Under the pieces are notes generated by a model. It was not told the origin of the DNA and searched no databases. It was given only the letters and a program-made list of their open reading frames with translations. Below are positions 34,900 through 43,951 of a stretch of DNA of 64,000 nucleotides, one piece after another. Both the position numbers and the translations under genes were made by a program. Numbering within the stretch: position 1 is the first letter of the stretch; the number at the start of each line of letters is the position of its first letter. The DNA comes from an uncultured Polynucleobacter sp. (lineage in GTDB: Bacteria; Bdellovibrionota_B; Oligoflexia; Oligoflexales; RGVZ01), in contig CAYOEM010000012.1 in assembly GCA_964402975.1 (NCBI GenBank), positions 1,293 through 65,292 of the forward strand. The letters are read 5' to 3'.

Positions 34900-36036
34900 A
34901 TGAAGTGTCTGACGCTAAGTGATTTGAAGGGTATGGTTGGAAGTAGCGAGCCATGTTTGTCAAGTTACATTTCGCTGGTTGGATCAAAAGAGATCGACCG
35001 CGAAAAGTTAGAGAACAACTTGGCTAGCGCTGTCGTGCAAGCAAGGGCGATGTTTCCCCAGGTGGCAGGTGTTTTCACAGATGTAGACGTTCCTGGTCTA
35101 CTGTCTAGGCTTTGTGTATTGCCGGCGGGACAAAAGACGGAGGTCCAGCCTTGGAAGTCGGTTGTATATTTTAAGAGCCCATCTCTTGAGGGGTATTATC
35201 CATCAGCAGAACTTGAGGAGGACCTCGTGGTTCTGGCCAACAGTTTTCACTTAAAGCCTTTATTTAGCCTTATACAAGTCAGACCACGGTACGCAATGAT
35301 TCGTGTGGATGATAATAAAGTCGTATTACAAACCGGAACAACTCTCGGGATTTCGCCTCCGCGCGTTTTCGAAAGAAGAGCCGAGTCGCTCATCTCTACG
35401 GGGCCGGAATACTTGATTTCGCCAATTAAAAAACGCCTTGCGAGTATCGAGCGAAGTCGGTTGGAGAAGAAGAATCTCGTTCGATTTTTTCGCGACACAG
35501 ATGCGAAAATTCGCAAACTCGTGAACTTGGACGATATTCCTGCGATCGTGATCGGACCATCTCGGTCCATCAAGTCGCTAATTGTTGCCAATAGATTTCG
35601 CACATCTTTTGTGAGGACGATTGATACGGACCGGTTCAAAATAGTTGATGATATGGATTATCTCCATCAGTTAGCGCTGGAGTCTCTTGCAATGCACGAT
35701 AAAAGTAGAGCTCTCAAAGGCGTCTTCGAGTTTAGACATCTTCGCCGTTTTGGATGCGCGGTCGATGCCTTAGGTCAGGTGGCAAAAGCTGCCGACGAAG
35801 GCGTGGTAAAGTCCCTTTTGATCCGGAAAGGTATAAATTTGTGGGGCAAGGTCAGTCCAAAGGCCGGCTCTATACACTTGGAGCATGCAGGGGTCCCCCA
35901 CGCATCCGATGATATTTTAGACGACATTGGTGAGATGGTTCTCTCGCGAGGTGGTGAGGTCCATCTACTTAATGCCAAAGAGATGCCTACGCATTCTCCC
36001 GTTGCGGCTGTCCTAGCTGCAAGTTTATCCGCATAG
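34900..36036 (+). CDS. putative bacterial eRF1/Pelota-like (baeRF family) protein
   Basis: The ATG at 34900 has GGAGG 5 nt upstream. N-terminus LSDLKGMVGSSEPCLSSYISL and C-terminus DDILDDIGEMVLSRGGEVHLL...SPVAAVL resemble baeRF family termini. From memory only. Confidence 0.35.
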   Translation: MKCLTLSDLKGMVGSSEPCLSSYISLVGSKEIDREKLENNLASAVVQARAMFPQVAGVFTDVDVPGLLSRLCVLPAGQKTEVQPWKSVVYFKSPSLEGYYPSAELEEDLVVLANSFHLKPLFSLIQVRPRYAMIRVDDNKVVLQTGTTLGISPPRVFERRAESLISTGPEYLISPIKKRLASIERSRLEKKNLVRFFRDTDAKIRKLVNLDDIPAIVIGPSRSIKSLIVANRFRTSFVRTIDTDRFKIVDDMDYLHQLALESLAMHDKSRALKGVFEFRHLRRFGCAVDALGQVAKAADEGVVKSLLIRKGINLWGKVSPKAGSIHLEHAGVPHASDDILDDIGEMVLSRGGEVHLLNAKEMPTHSPVAAVLAASLSA

Positions 36037-36065
36037 TGTCCCGCCGCTACTACCGCCCTGCCGAA

Positions 36066-36105
36066 GTGGGCGCACTCGCGAGACAGTTTCGAGAGTGCGC
36101 CCCAC
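36066..36105 (+). other. strong GC-rich hairpin without a U-tract
   Basis: GGGCGCACTC (36068-36077) pairs perfectly with GAGTGCGCCC (36093-36102), with a 15-nt loop. It starts 30 nt after the stop codon of the upstream gene. Confidence 0.5.
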
Positions 36106-36155
36106 CTACCGGGCGAGATGGAAGGGACCAAACTAAAACCTTGAGGAGGTCAATT

Positions 36156-36614
36156 ATGAAAGCAAGAAAATGGTTTCGAGCAGTTGGATTGTTCTTCGTA
36201 TTTTTTTCAACCTCAGGCATTTGGACGCTTGCCATGGCCAGTGATGGTGGAGGTGTCCCAAGTGGCAAGATCGTGGAGTCTGCAATGGTGATCCAGCCTG
36301 AGGTGGAGCGCATCAATGGTGGCTTCAACCCAGAATATTTTGGCTACAGAGTTGAGGGGCTTGTGCTGAAGGGGCCTAATGATTGTGCTGCAAGGGGAGC
36401 AAGCGTCGCTATTCAGTCGTACGTGGATAATGGCGTTCTATATCTCGTGCCGGCGCGATTATTGGATTCTGAATTTGACTGGGTATGCCCGAGCGTCAGC
36501 CAACCCATTTTCGAGTTGACTCATGTGGAGGTGCGTTACTCACGTAAAGAGGTGCAGAAAGTGGTGATACGAAATGTTGGTCAAGACCTGGAAGAAATGG
36601 CGTTTATCCCATAG
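36156..36614 (+). CDS. secreted protein, unknown function
   Basis: The ATG at 36156 has GAGGAGG upstream. Signal peptide MKARKWFRAVGLFFVFFSTSGIWTLAMA. Confidence 0.55.
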   Translation: MKARKWFRAVGLFFVFFSTSGIWTLAMASDGGGVPSGKIVESAMVIQPEVERINGGFNPEYFGYRVEGLVLKGPNDCAARGASVAIQSYVDNGVLYLVPARLLDSEFDWVCPSVSQPIFELTHVEVRYSRKEVQKVVIRNVGQDLEEMAFIP

Positions 36615-36658
36615 AGATATCTATAAAACGGGCGATCTCATCATAGGAGGATGACACC

Positions 36659-36838
36659 ATGGATGGATTTCATTCAACGTTGGATTTGATGAGTTACTTT
36701 GACATTGATTTTAGGGATTTGAAGTACGCCGCCATTGGTGAAATGGTGGAGAAAGTTGGGGTTTACCCAGTCGATCACTATATAGAGGGTCTCACGAATT
36801 TCGTGGAGGTTGATTCGGCAATGAGACACCTAGAGTAA
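36659..36838 (+). CDS. 59-aa hypothetical protein, below the ORF-track cutoff
   Basis: AGGAGG lies 8 nt upstream of the ATG. Translation: MDGFHSTLDLMSYFDIDFRDLKYAAIGEMVEKVGVYPVDHYIEGLTNFVEVDSAMRHLE. A canonical terminator follows. Confidence 0.5.
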   Translation: MDGFHSTLDLMSYFDIDFRDLKYAAIGEMVEKVGVYPVDHYIEGLTNFVEVDSAMRHLE

Positions 36839-36869
36839 GGATTTTGAATGTTAAGACTAACTTGGGCCT

Positions 36870-36906
36870 GAGACCCGACGTCATACTTCGGGTCTCTTAT
36901 TTTTTG
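36870..36906 (+). terminator. rho-independent terminator
   Basis: GAGACCCGA-N9-TCGGGTCTC followed by TTATTTTTT. Confidence 0.75.
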
Positions 36907-36990
36907 CGCTTCAAACACTCAGACCTTCCAGTCTTATTTTAATTTTTTGCGTCATTTGATATACTGAAAAAGAAGTCATTTGGAGCGTAA

Positions 36991-37737
36991 ATGCAGATTA
37001 AATCACCTGTTCCCTGGTTCATTTGCCTCATGCTCGCCGGTTGTTCGTCTAAACCAGACGGACCGAGCTTGGCGGACGAGTTGATTGCCGTCCAGGTCTC
37101 TGATAATCAACAGCGGTGTATCGTCAAAGAGTCCGCTCTTATGCGATGCGAATATGAGTCGTGGGGGTCGGAGAAGATCGTAGTTAAAATGGAAGGTAGC
37201 AAAGCCACTTATCATAATGTCAGTTCAAAAGAGCTTGGTGTACAGTTTGAATTGGACGACCGATTTCCTTCTTTGAATTACAAAATCGGGCGCGACAAGG
37301 ATTTACTTTATACGCAGCTCGAGCAGTCCGGATACTGCGCATTTTCCGAAGTTGAGACGGAAAAGAAAGACGATAAGAAATCAAAAAAGTCTCACGGGCT
37401 ACCGCGTACGTTGTTTATTCCTGCGATGGTCACCACTGGTCTGACGGATGACGGCGTCGTGTTCCTGCGCAAGTGGTCCTTAAAGAAATCATCAAAGAAA
37501 AAGCAGCCTGATCAGGGGGAATCTCGTCCGGCGGGATTTGGTCCGGCTCAACAGACTATCTCTCCTCAAGCTAATTCCGAACACGAGCAATTAACGCTTG
37601 ATTGCGTTGTCGCATCGCGCGGTAGCGACGAGCTGGGTCCTGCGCCGGTGGATAAGGATAAAAGCGATGTGAGATCAAAGCCGCACCCATCAGATTCGCC
37701 TTCCGTTGAGGGTGGAAAATCTAAATCTGAAGACTAA
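36991..37737 (+). CDS. lipoprotein with a low-complexity Lys/Ser-rich C-terminal half
   Basis: Lipobox LMLAGC. Confidence 0.55.
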   Translation: MQIKSPVPWFICLMLAGCSSKPDGPSLADELIAVQVSDNQQRCIVKESALMRCEYESWGSEKIVVKMEGSKATYHNVSSKELGVQFELDDRFPSLNYKIGRDKDLLYTQLEQSGYCAFSEVETEKKDDKKSKKSHGLPRTLFIPAMVTTGLTDDGVVFLRKWSLKKSSKKKQPDQGESRPAGFGPAQQTISPQANSEHEQLTLDCVVASRGSDELGPAPVDKDKSDVRSKPHPSDSPSVEGGKSKSED

Positions 37738-37740
37738 TGC

Positions 37741-39168
37741 CTAGTTTAGTTTCAGAATATATTCAGCCACCGCCTTTAGTTTTTCATCGCCAAGGTAAGC
37801 CTGTGGCGGCATCTGCGGAAAACCGCTTCGAACTTTTATGGGAGCCTTGGCGAAATTAACGATGCCATCAGGGTTATCTTTGTACTTGGCTTGAATTTCT
37901 TTTATAGGTGGACCAATCAACTGATAGTTCACTGCATGACAACCTGCACAAATGGCGGCATACGTTTGCTCGCCCAGGTTTTTGGAAGATGTGTATGGTA
38001 GTTTGCTGGAATCGACCAGCATGGTTTTAGGTGGATCTGACAGGGAGGCGTCGGCGCATTTTCCAAAGTGCTCAGTGTCGCGAAGTTTGAGACTTTCCGG
38101 TTGGTATATGCAAAGATCTTTGCCTTCCTTTGTGCCGACCACGTCACCGCCGCGGGGAATGACTCCTTCATCGGCTCCCTCTGGGATTCCTGTGCTAATA
38201 ATCTGCTTGATCAGATAGCGTGTCCAGATGACTAGGTCAGCAAACGACTTGGTACCGTTGCGGTAGAAAAGATTTTTAAGCACTTTTACCCGGTCCGGAT
38301 TTGGCTCAACCTGCGGGTCTTTAGCCATGTGGGGGATGGCACCGTGATGGGCGATGATCAGTCCGGCAAGGCTATTGTCACGAATAATGTTGTTTTCAAA
38401 TATGACGTCGTCAGCAGCAAGTACGATAGCACCAGAGCCAGGCGGTACACTTGCTACAATAGAACCTTTGGCTCCAAAGTTCATGATGTTATTGCCCGAT
38501 ATCAGGTTGTTTCTAACAATGATGTTGCCGCTAGACTTTTTGGGCAGCTCTGGGAGGGTGAACACGAGGATGCCGCTGGTGTTTCTGTAGACATAGTTAT
38601 TTTCAATGAGCACATCGTGAGAATTTTCTGACTCGATGCCGGCCACATTGTCGTAGGCTTCATTGCGCCGAACATCCGTGTACTGACACATGCCGATATA
38701 AATTCCCGCGTCAGCAATTCCAAAGGTCACGCTGTCTTCAACCACAACATTGCGACCAAGGGTTGGGTAGATGCCGTAAATCCCCGTTTTTTCGACAATC
38801 AAGTGACGTATCGTCACATTATCGGCAGCCTGTGTCGTGACGCCGTTGGCTTTGTAGTTCTTAATGTGAAGCCACTCGACCGTAAAACCTGAGCCAGAGG
38901 CGATTATCCCGTCGTTAAGTTTATTTTTGCCGTCCAACACAGGCCACTCACCCGCATTAACGTAGCCTCTTAGGGTGATGTTTGGTTTATCGATGATGAG
39001 ATTTTCATGGTAGACCGCTGGCGGGATTAGAATCGTATCGCCAGGAGTAGCTCGGTTGATCGCCTCTTGAATTTTCTCACCTGGCTTTACATTTAGCTCA
39101 GCGGCTTGCAAGGGAAGATGAAGGAGAAGTGAAATGGTCACTAAGAAGAGTTGTTTCATTGATTTCAT
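37741..39168 (-). CDS. periplasmic right-handed beta-helix (NosD-like) protein fused to a C-terminal mono-haem cytochrome c domain
   Basis: Signal peptide. Repeated beta-helix turns (NxxxxN/G-I patterns: IENNYVYRN, VRNNLISGN, FENNIIRDN). C-terminal CAGCHAV haem motif with a distal QMPPQ. Confidence 0.7.
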   Translation of the reverse strand: MKSMKQLFLVTISLLLHLPLQAAELNVKPGEKIQEAINRATPGDTILIPPAVYHENLIIDKPNITLRGYVNAGEWPVLDGKNKLNDGIIASGSGFTVEWLHIKNYKANGVTTQAADNVTIRHLIVEKTGIYGIYPTLGRNVVVEDSVTFGIADAGIYIGMCQYTDVRRNEAYDNVAGIESENSHDVLIENNYVYRNTSGILVFTLPELPKKSSGNIIVRNNLISGNNIMNFGAKGSIVASVPPGSGAIVLAADDVIFENNIIRDNSLAGLIIAHHGAIPHMAKDPQVEPNPDRVKVLKNLFYRNGTKSFADLVIWTRYLIKQIISTGIPEGADEGVIPRGGDVVGTKEGKDLCIYQPESLKLRDTEHFGKCADASLSDPPKTMLVDSSKLPYTSSKNLGEQTYAAICAGCHAVNYQLIGPPIKEIQAKYKDNPDGIVNFAKAPIKVRSGFPQMPPQAYLGDEKLKAVAEYILKLN

Positions 39169-39192
39169 ATCCTTGTCTCTTATGATGGGCGA

Positions 39193-40266
39193 CTAATCAA
39201 CGGTAACAGGTTTCAGGCCAGAGGGTAGGGACTTTGGTATTTTAACCCGCCAACTGTCATCAGTGAGAGCCCCTAAAAAGTCCACTAACTCCTGCTGTTC
39301 GGCACTTGTTAAGCCGATTGGCCTGACATGCCAGTGGGTGTCTTTTCCTGAAATGCCGATTTTCGAGCGCCCGCCGCCATCATTATAAAACTTTACCACA
39401 TCTCGTAAGGTTTCAAAGGCGCCTCGGTGGGTGTAGGGTCCGGTCTTGGCTATTTGGCGAAGAGTTGGAACTTTAAGCGGGCGGGATTCCCCGGGCGCTC
39501 CGACCGTCAATATCTGATGATTGGTGAATAGCGGTGGTGTATGGCATTCGGCGCATCTGGTCGTAAATGATCTAAAAAGTTTGAGGCCTCTGACTTGGCT
39601 GTCGCTGAGAGCGGCCGAATCCCCAAGAATATATCGGTCATAGGGCGCGGTAAAAGTGATCAGAGATTTCTGAAAGCTGTCCAGCGCAGAGACGAGCTCA
39701 ACCCAGTTGATTGCGTTCTGGGTGCTGCGATCAGAGCGTGTAGCAGCAAAGAGTGATTTGTAAGATTCGTTTTGATTCAGTCGATCTAATACGGATTCAA
39801 GGGACGCGTTACCCATCTCTGCCGGAGATAGCAAGGGCTCTTTAATTTGATCGGAAGCTGTCTCAGCGCGTCCATCCCAAAAAAAACGAGGGTTATATGC
39901 GAGATTAATGAGCCCCGGTGAACTACGTAGGCCATCGCGTGAGCCGGAGAATGCTTTACTGGGCTGATGGCAGCTGGCACATGCCATAGTCCCATCTTTT
40001 GAAAGAATCGGATCGAAAAAAAGGAGGCGACCAAGATCAATTTTTCTAGGATGGAGTTTTATCTCTTTTGGATCGATTTTCCAGAGACCGTGGTAACCAG
40101 CGTTAACCTCCCTGTAAGGCTGCACGGGACGACAGAAACCTTGCGCGTCTTGGTAGAGACCAGTTTGTGGGCATTTCGTGGATAGCTGGTAATCTAATTC
40201 GGCCGCCAACGTCGAGGAGCCAAGTGTGGTAAGGATGATAAGTGCTAAAGAAAGAGTGTGGATCAT
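39193..40266 (-). CDS. di-haem cytochrome c peroxidase (CCP/MauG family)
   Basis: Two CxxCH motifs (CASCHQP, CAECHTPPLFTN). Size and signal peptide are typical. Confidence 0.85.
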   Translation of the reverse strand: MIHTLSLALIILTTLGSSTLAAELDYQLSTKCPQTGLYQDAQGFCRPVQPYREVNAGYHGLWKIDPKEIKLHPRKIDLGRLLFFDPILSKDGTMACASCHQPSKAFSGSRDGLRSSPGLINLAYNPRFFWDGRAETASDQIKEPLLSPAEMGNASLESVLDRLNQNESYKSLFAATRSDRSTQNAINWVELVSALDSFQKSLITFTAPYDRYILGDSAALSDSQVRGLKLFRSFTTRCAECHTPPLFTNHQILTVGAPGESRPLKVPTLRQIAKTGPYTHRGAFETLRDVVKFYNDGGGRSKIGISGKDTHWHVRPIGLTSAEQQELVDFLGALTDDSWRVKIPKSLPSGLKPVTVD

Positions 40267-40361
40267 AGCCTTATGGTGTCGAATACTTGTGAGACAGAGA
40301 CTCTAGACACCACGTTATTTTAGCAAATAAAAAACTACATTGCAGGTCTTGAAAATCGCTA

Positions 40362-41642
40362 TTAGGCCGCCGCGTCTATCGAATCAACCTTTTGCTTACT
40401 AGAGAGTTCTCCGACCAACCAAGCCTCCATAGCGCCTTTGCCTTTGACAGAAATGACACCTACCGGCTTAAGATGAAATCGAGAGCCGAGAAGACTCATC
40501 GTGTCCGCGGTTATCTGGATGCCGCCGATTGGGGCTAAAGACTCCATGCGACTGGCCGTATTCACGGTGTCTCCCCATAAGTCGTACGCATAGCGGCTTT
40601 CGCCGATGACGCCCGCTACGACTGGACCGGAATTTATGCCAATCCTTATTTCTACAGGTCGACCATTTAGATCCAGCGTCTTGACAAATTTTTTGATCGC
40701 TAACGCAAGTTTGACAATTCGCACGGCATGATCGCTAGCTGGCGATGGCACTCCGCAAACGGCCATGTAGGAATCTCCAATGGTCTTTATTTTTTCACAA
40801 CCATGTTCAGCTACTAGTTTATCAATCATAGAAAATGTTTGACTGAGCCACTCAACAAGCGCTTCCGGTGTCATCATTGAAGAGGCCAGCGTAAAATTGG
40901 CAATGTCACAAAAAAGTACGGATACGTTATCAACGCGCCTTGCTGGCGATTCATGATTTGCTTTTAGCTCGTTTGCTATTGGTAAAGGAAATGTGCGTTC
41001 AATAAGTCGCTCTGCACGTTTTTTTTCCTCGTTCAAAAGCTTTTCTTGAAGAAACGATCGGTAGACATAGTTCTCACCAATAATAGCGCCTAATGCTCCC
41101 ATAGCGTAGGCACCACCAAGTGCCATGAGGTAGGTGTACCATGTACCTTGGCTAACGTCTTTAATCGCAAGTAGTCCAAAAAAACCGAGACAGTATACAG
41201 CGCCGATAAACAGTGCATCTTCCTTAAACATGACAAAAAATGACATCATAAACATCAATGTCATTGCGGGGACCGCAGCATCGGCTGGCACGCCCTGGTC
41301 AGAAGCAAAATACCATATCGCTATATAACTATTTAAAACCAAAGACATCGCAGCGATGAAAATTGGTCGAGGGTACTTCTGCAACTGTGGATGATTGATC
41401 TTCAAAAGCATGATGCCGGCAATCGAAATTATGACAACGGTCAAACGTATAGCCCAAGTCATGGGGTAGTTGTTTGGCGCGATATAAAAGTAATCGGCAA
41501 GCCCGGCGAAAAAATATATGCTAATACCTAGCCATGAGTCCCGAATTAGTGAACGCCGAGTTGAGTCGATAAGATAATTATAAAAGCCTTCAGGGCGGGT
41601 AATTTTGTACACAAGAGGTCTCCAACGCAGGTAGGCAAGCAT
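40362..41642 (-). CDS. membrane-bound class III adenylate/guanylate cyclase
   Basis: N-terminal multi-TM region. Cyclase motifs VSVLFCDIANFT, KTIGDSYMAVCG, IGINSGPVVAGVIG and YDLWGDTVNTASRMES. Confidence 0.88.
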   Translation of the reverse strand: MLAYLRWRPLVYKITRPEGFYNYLIDSTRRSLIRDSWLGISIYFFAGLADYFYIAPNNYPMTWAIRLTVVIISIAGIMLLKINHPQLQKYPRPIFIAAMSLVLNSYIAIWYFASDQGVPADAAVPAMTLMFMMSFFVMFKEDALFIGAVYCLGFFGLLAIKDVSQGTWYTYLMALGGAYAMGALGAIIGENYVYRSFLQEKLLNEEKKRAERLIERTFPLPIANELKANHESPARRVDNVSVLFCDIANFTLASSMMTPEALVEWLSQTFSMIDKLVAEHGCEKIKTIGDSYMAVCGVPSPASDHAVRIVKLALAIKKFVKTLDLNGRPVEIRIGINSGPVVAGVIGESRYAYDLWGDTVNTASRMESLAPIGGIQITADTMSLLGSRFHLKPVGVISVKGKGAMEAWLVGELSSKQKVDSIDAAA

Positions 41643-41763
41643 CGGACGTTATTTCTAACGCATTAATCCATCCCGGGATTTAAAGACAAAAAATCCGAGA
41701 AAAATCTTGAATATCAGCAACTAATCCAGAAGGTAATAGACCCCTTTCGGGCGTTCTCATTCT

Positions 41764-43767
41764 CTACCAAATCGTCACCCTCTTATCAGGGTCCAGCCAG
41801 AGTTTATTTCCCGCTTTGCAGCTAAATTCCTCGGCAAACCCAGTTTGATGTTTCATTTGCTCATTAACTCGGGCCTCACCTACAGCATGTGGGTCGGTTT
41901 TTAGACGCATTTCCCGAAACTTTGGACGAATGGTTTCGCACCATAGTCTGGCGTACTGAATATAGAAGCCTCGCTTTAGCTCATGTTTGCCAAATCCCCC
42001 GGGGAACGCCGCATCCCAAGCGAACGTCAAGCCGGACAGGTCGGCCATGTTTTCACCAAGAGTCAGTTTACCGTTGTGACCAATGGCATTGAACTGCTCA
42101 ACAAGTCGATCGCCTCGGCTCATGAATGTCTTAACTTCATCGTCTTTCATCCATTGGCGAAGTTTACCGTATTTGTCGTAGCGAGATCCCTTGTCGTCAA
42201 TCCCATGACCGATCTCATGGCCGAGTACCACGCCAACAGCTCCAAGGTTGATTTCATCAGGCGCATTCACGTCAAAGAATGGATATTGCAAGATTCCAAT
42301 GGGCATTACGAATTTATTGGACGTCGGATTGTAGTAGGCATTCACAGTCAGTGGGCCCATGCCCCAGATGTCCGGGTTTCTAGGCTTTGAAATCCTTTGG
42401 AGCATCTTTTCCCGGCGTTTTGTATTGACCATAAAGCGGTTTGAGAGTGGTTTATCCTTCTGATAAGTGCCGGGTAGATTGAAATCCCACTCTTCGTCAT
42501 TCGAAGGCTTCACAAGTTGAAGTTTCATGACTTTGACCTTCTCAATTCCCTCTTTTCTGGTCTCTGGGCTGAGCCAATTACTTTGCTCCATGCGGGCGAT
42601 GATGGCACTTCGGATTTTTTCACCAAGCCCAACAATTTTTTCTGACGGAAAGTTCGGGAATACAACGTCAATCATCTCAGCATCTAGCTCGCGACCGAAT
42701 CGGTCCATCACAAAATCAGTGCAACGCTCCTTGCGGGGTGATCTCTTTGCAGGGCCGCCTAGGTATTTATGTCGGAAGTCGAACCATTTTTTGAAAAATT
42801 TTGGATTAGAATCATCAAGAAACTTCGACACAGTTGACCATGCCAAGTGGTCTTTCAGCGCGGCCAATTTGGTCTCATCAGACGCAGCACTGGCTAGATA
42901 ATCGGTCAACCACTTCATAGCTGCCGGTGAGAAGTCACGAATTTGAACTGTCTCAGGAACGTCTTTCAGCAGGTATTCAAGGCCTATTCCAGGATACTTT
43001 TTAAGAAGATCTTGCCGCGTAACATATACCCGTTTTGTAAGGAGTTCCCTAAATTCGGCGGGTAGGGGGAATACCTGCGCATAAGACTTTTCGAGTTCAA
43101 ATAACGCTGCCGCCCGCTTTTCTGGTTTATCGAGATTCACGGCCTCAAAGAAATCAGTCATGACGCTCTGAAAATCTTTTACGAGATCTTTGTTGTCATA
43201 GTAGGAACGCTCTGGGAGCGTCATAAAGTCTGGGAGCATGTAAACATCACTCTCCAGGGGCTTGTCCTGATTCGCGATGTCGCCAAAGTCCCAGACGTCG
43301 GCTCGGCCAGCAGCATATTGTTTGGCATTGAAAGCATTATAGTCGGCTGGCGTTTTAATGTTGGCGATTGCAGACAGAGTTTCTTTGATAACTGATTTTT
43401 CTTCCAAGATCGAGGCGGGGACATTCATGCAGGCGTCATAAACGGTCTTCAAGGTTTGTCGACGCTCTGTGAGGGGAGTTTTTGACTTGCTTAGATCTTC
43501 GAGAAATTTTTCTTTTTTCTTGAGGAGCCGCTCACTAGAGTCTGAGAATGAGAATGTATGCTTTGATCGATCATCCCGTAGTTTAAATTCAGAGAGCGCT
43601 TCACTACATGCATAGGCATAAAAATCGTCGCAAGGATTCACTTTGTCATTAACCGGAAACTCTCTGCGCTCAGGGATTTCGCTCGTGGGTGTTTTTTTTG
43701 ATTTCGCAAATGTCGCTGTAGAAACAGCAAGAAATAAAAATATAAAAAAGCGCATGGGTGCCTCCAA
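41764..43767 (-). CDS. M13-family zinc metallopeptidase (neprilysin/PepO-like)
   Basis: VVLGHEIGHGID (HExxH), GENMADLSGL, C-terminal W. Signal peptide. Confidence 0.88.
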   Translation of the reverse strand: MEAPMRFFIFLFLAVSTATFAKSKKTPTSEIPERREFPVNDKVNPCDDFYAYACSEALSEFKLRDDRSKHTFSFSDSSERLLKKKEKFLEDLSKSKTPLTERRQTLKTVYDACMNVPASILEEKSVIKETLSAIANIKTPADYNAFNAKQYAAGRADVWDFGDIANQDKPLESDVYMLPDFMTLPERSYYDNKDLVKDFQSVMTDFFEAVNLDKPEKRAAALFELEKSYAQVFPLPAEFRELLTKRVYVTRQDLLKKYPGIGLEYLLKDVPETVQIRDFSPAAMKWLTDYLASAASDETKLAALKDHLAWSTVSKFLDDSNPKFFKKWFDFRHKYLGGPAKRSPRKERCTDFVMDRFGRELDAEMIDVVFPNFPSEKIVGLGEKIRSAIIARMEQSNWLSPETRKEGIEKVKVMKLQLVKPSNDEEWDFNLPGTYQKDKPLSNRFMVNTKRREKMLQRISKPRNPDIWGMGPLTVNAYYNPTSNKFVMPIGILQYPFFDVNAPDEINLGAVGVVLGHEIGHGIDDKGSRYDKYGKLRQWMKDDEVKTFMSRGDRLVEQFNAIGHNGKLTLGENMADLSGLTFAWDAAFPGGFGKHELKRGFYIQYARLWCETIRPKFREMRLKTDPHAVGEARVNEQMKHQTGFAEEFSCKAGNKLWLDPDKRVTIW

Positions 43768-43951
43768 AGACTAAATGCTAGGTCTGACAAGATAGCCTTT
43801 TTTTGTGCGTTAGCCTAGAGGCTCACCGAGTTAGTCTGCGTAAAAAAAGTGCCAGTATTCTGACCTCGGCTACACTACCTATAAGCTTCTTATAGAATTA
43901 TGTATAATATGAAACCATCGCAATTTCGAAGACAGAATATGGATTTTTCCG

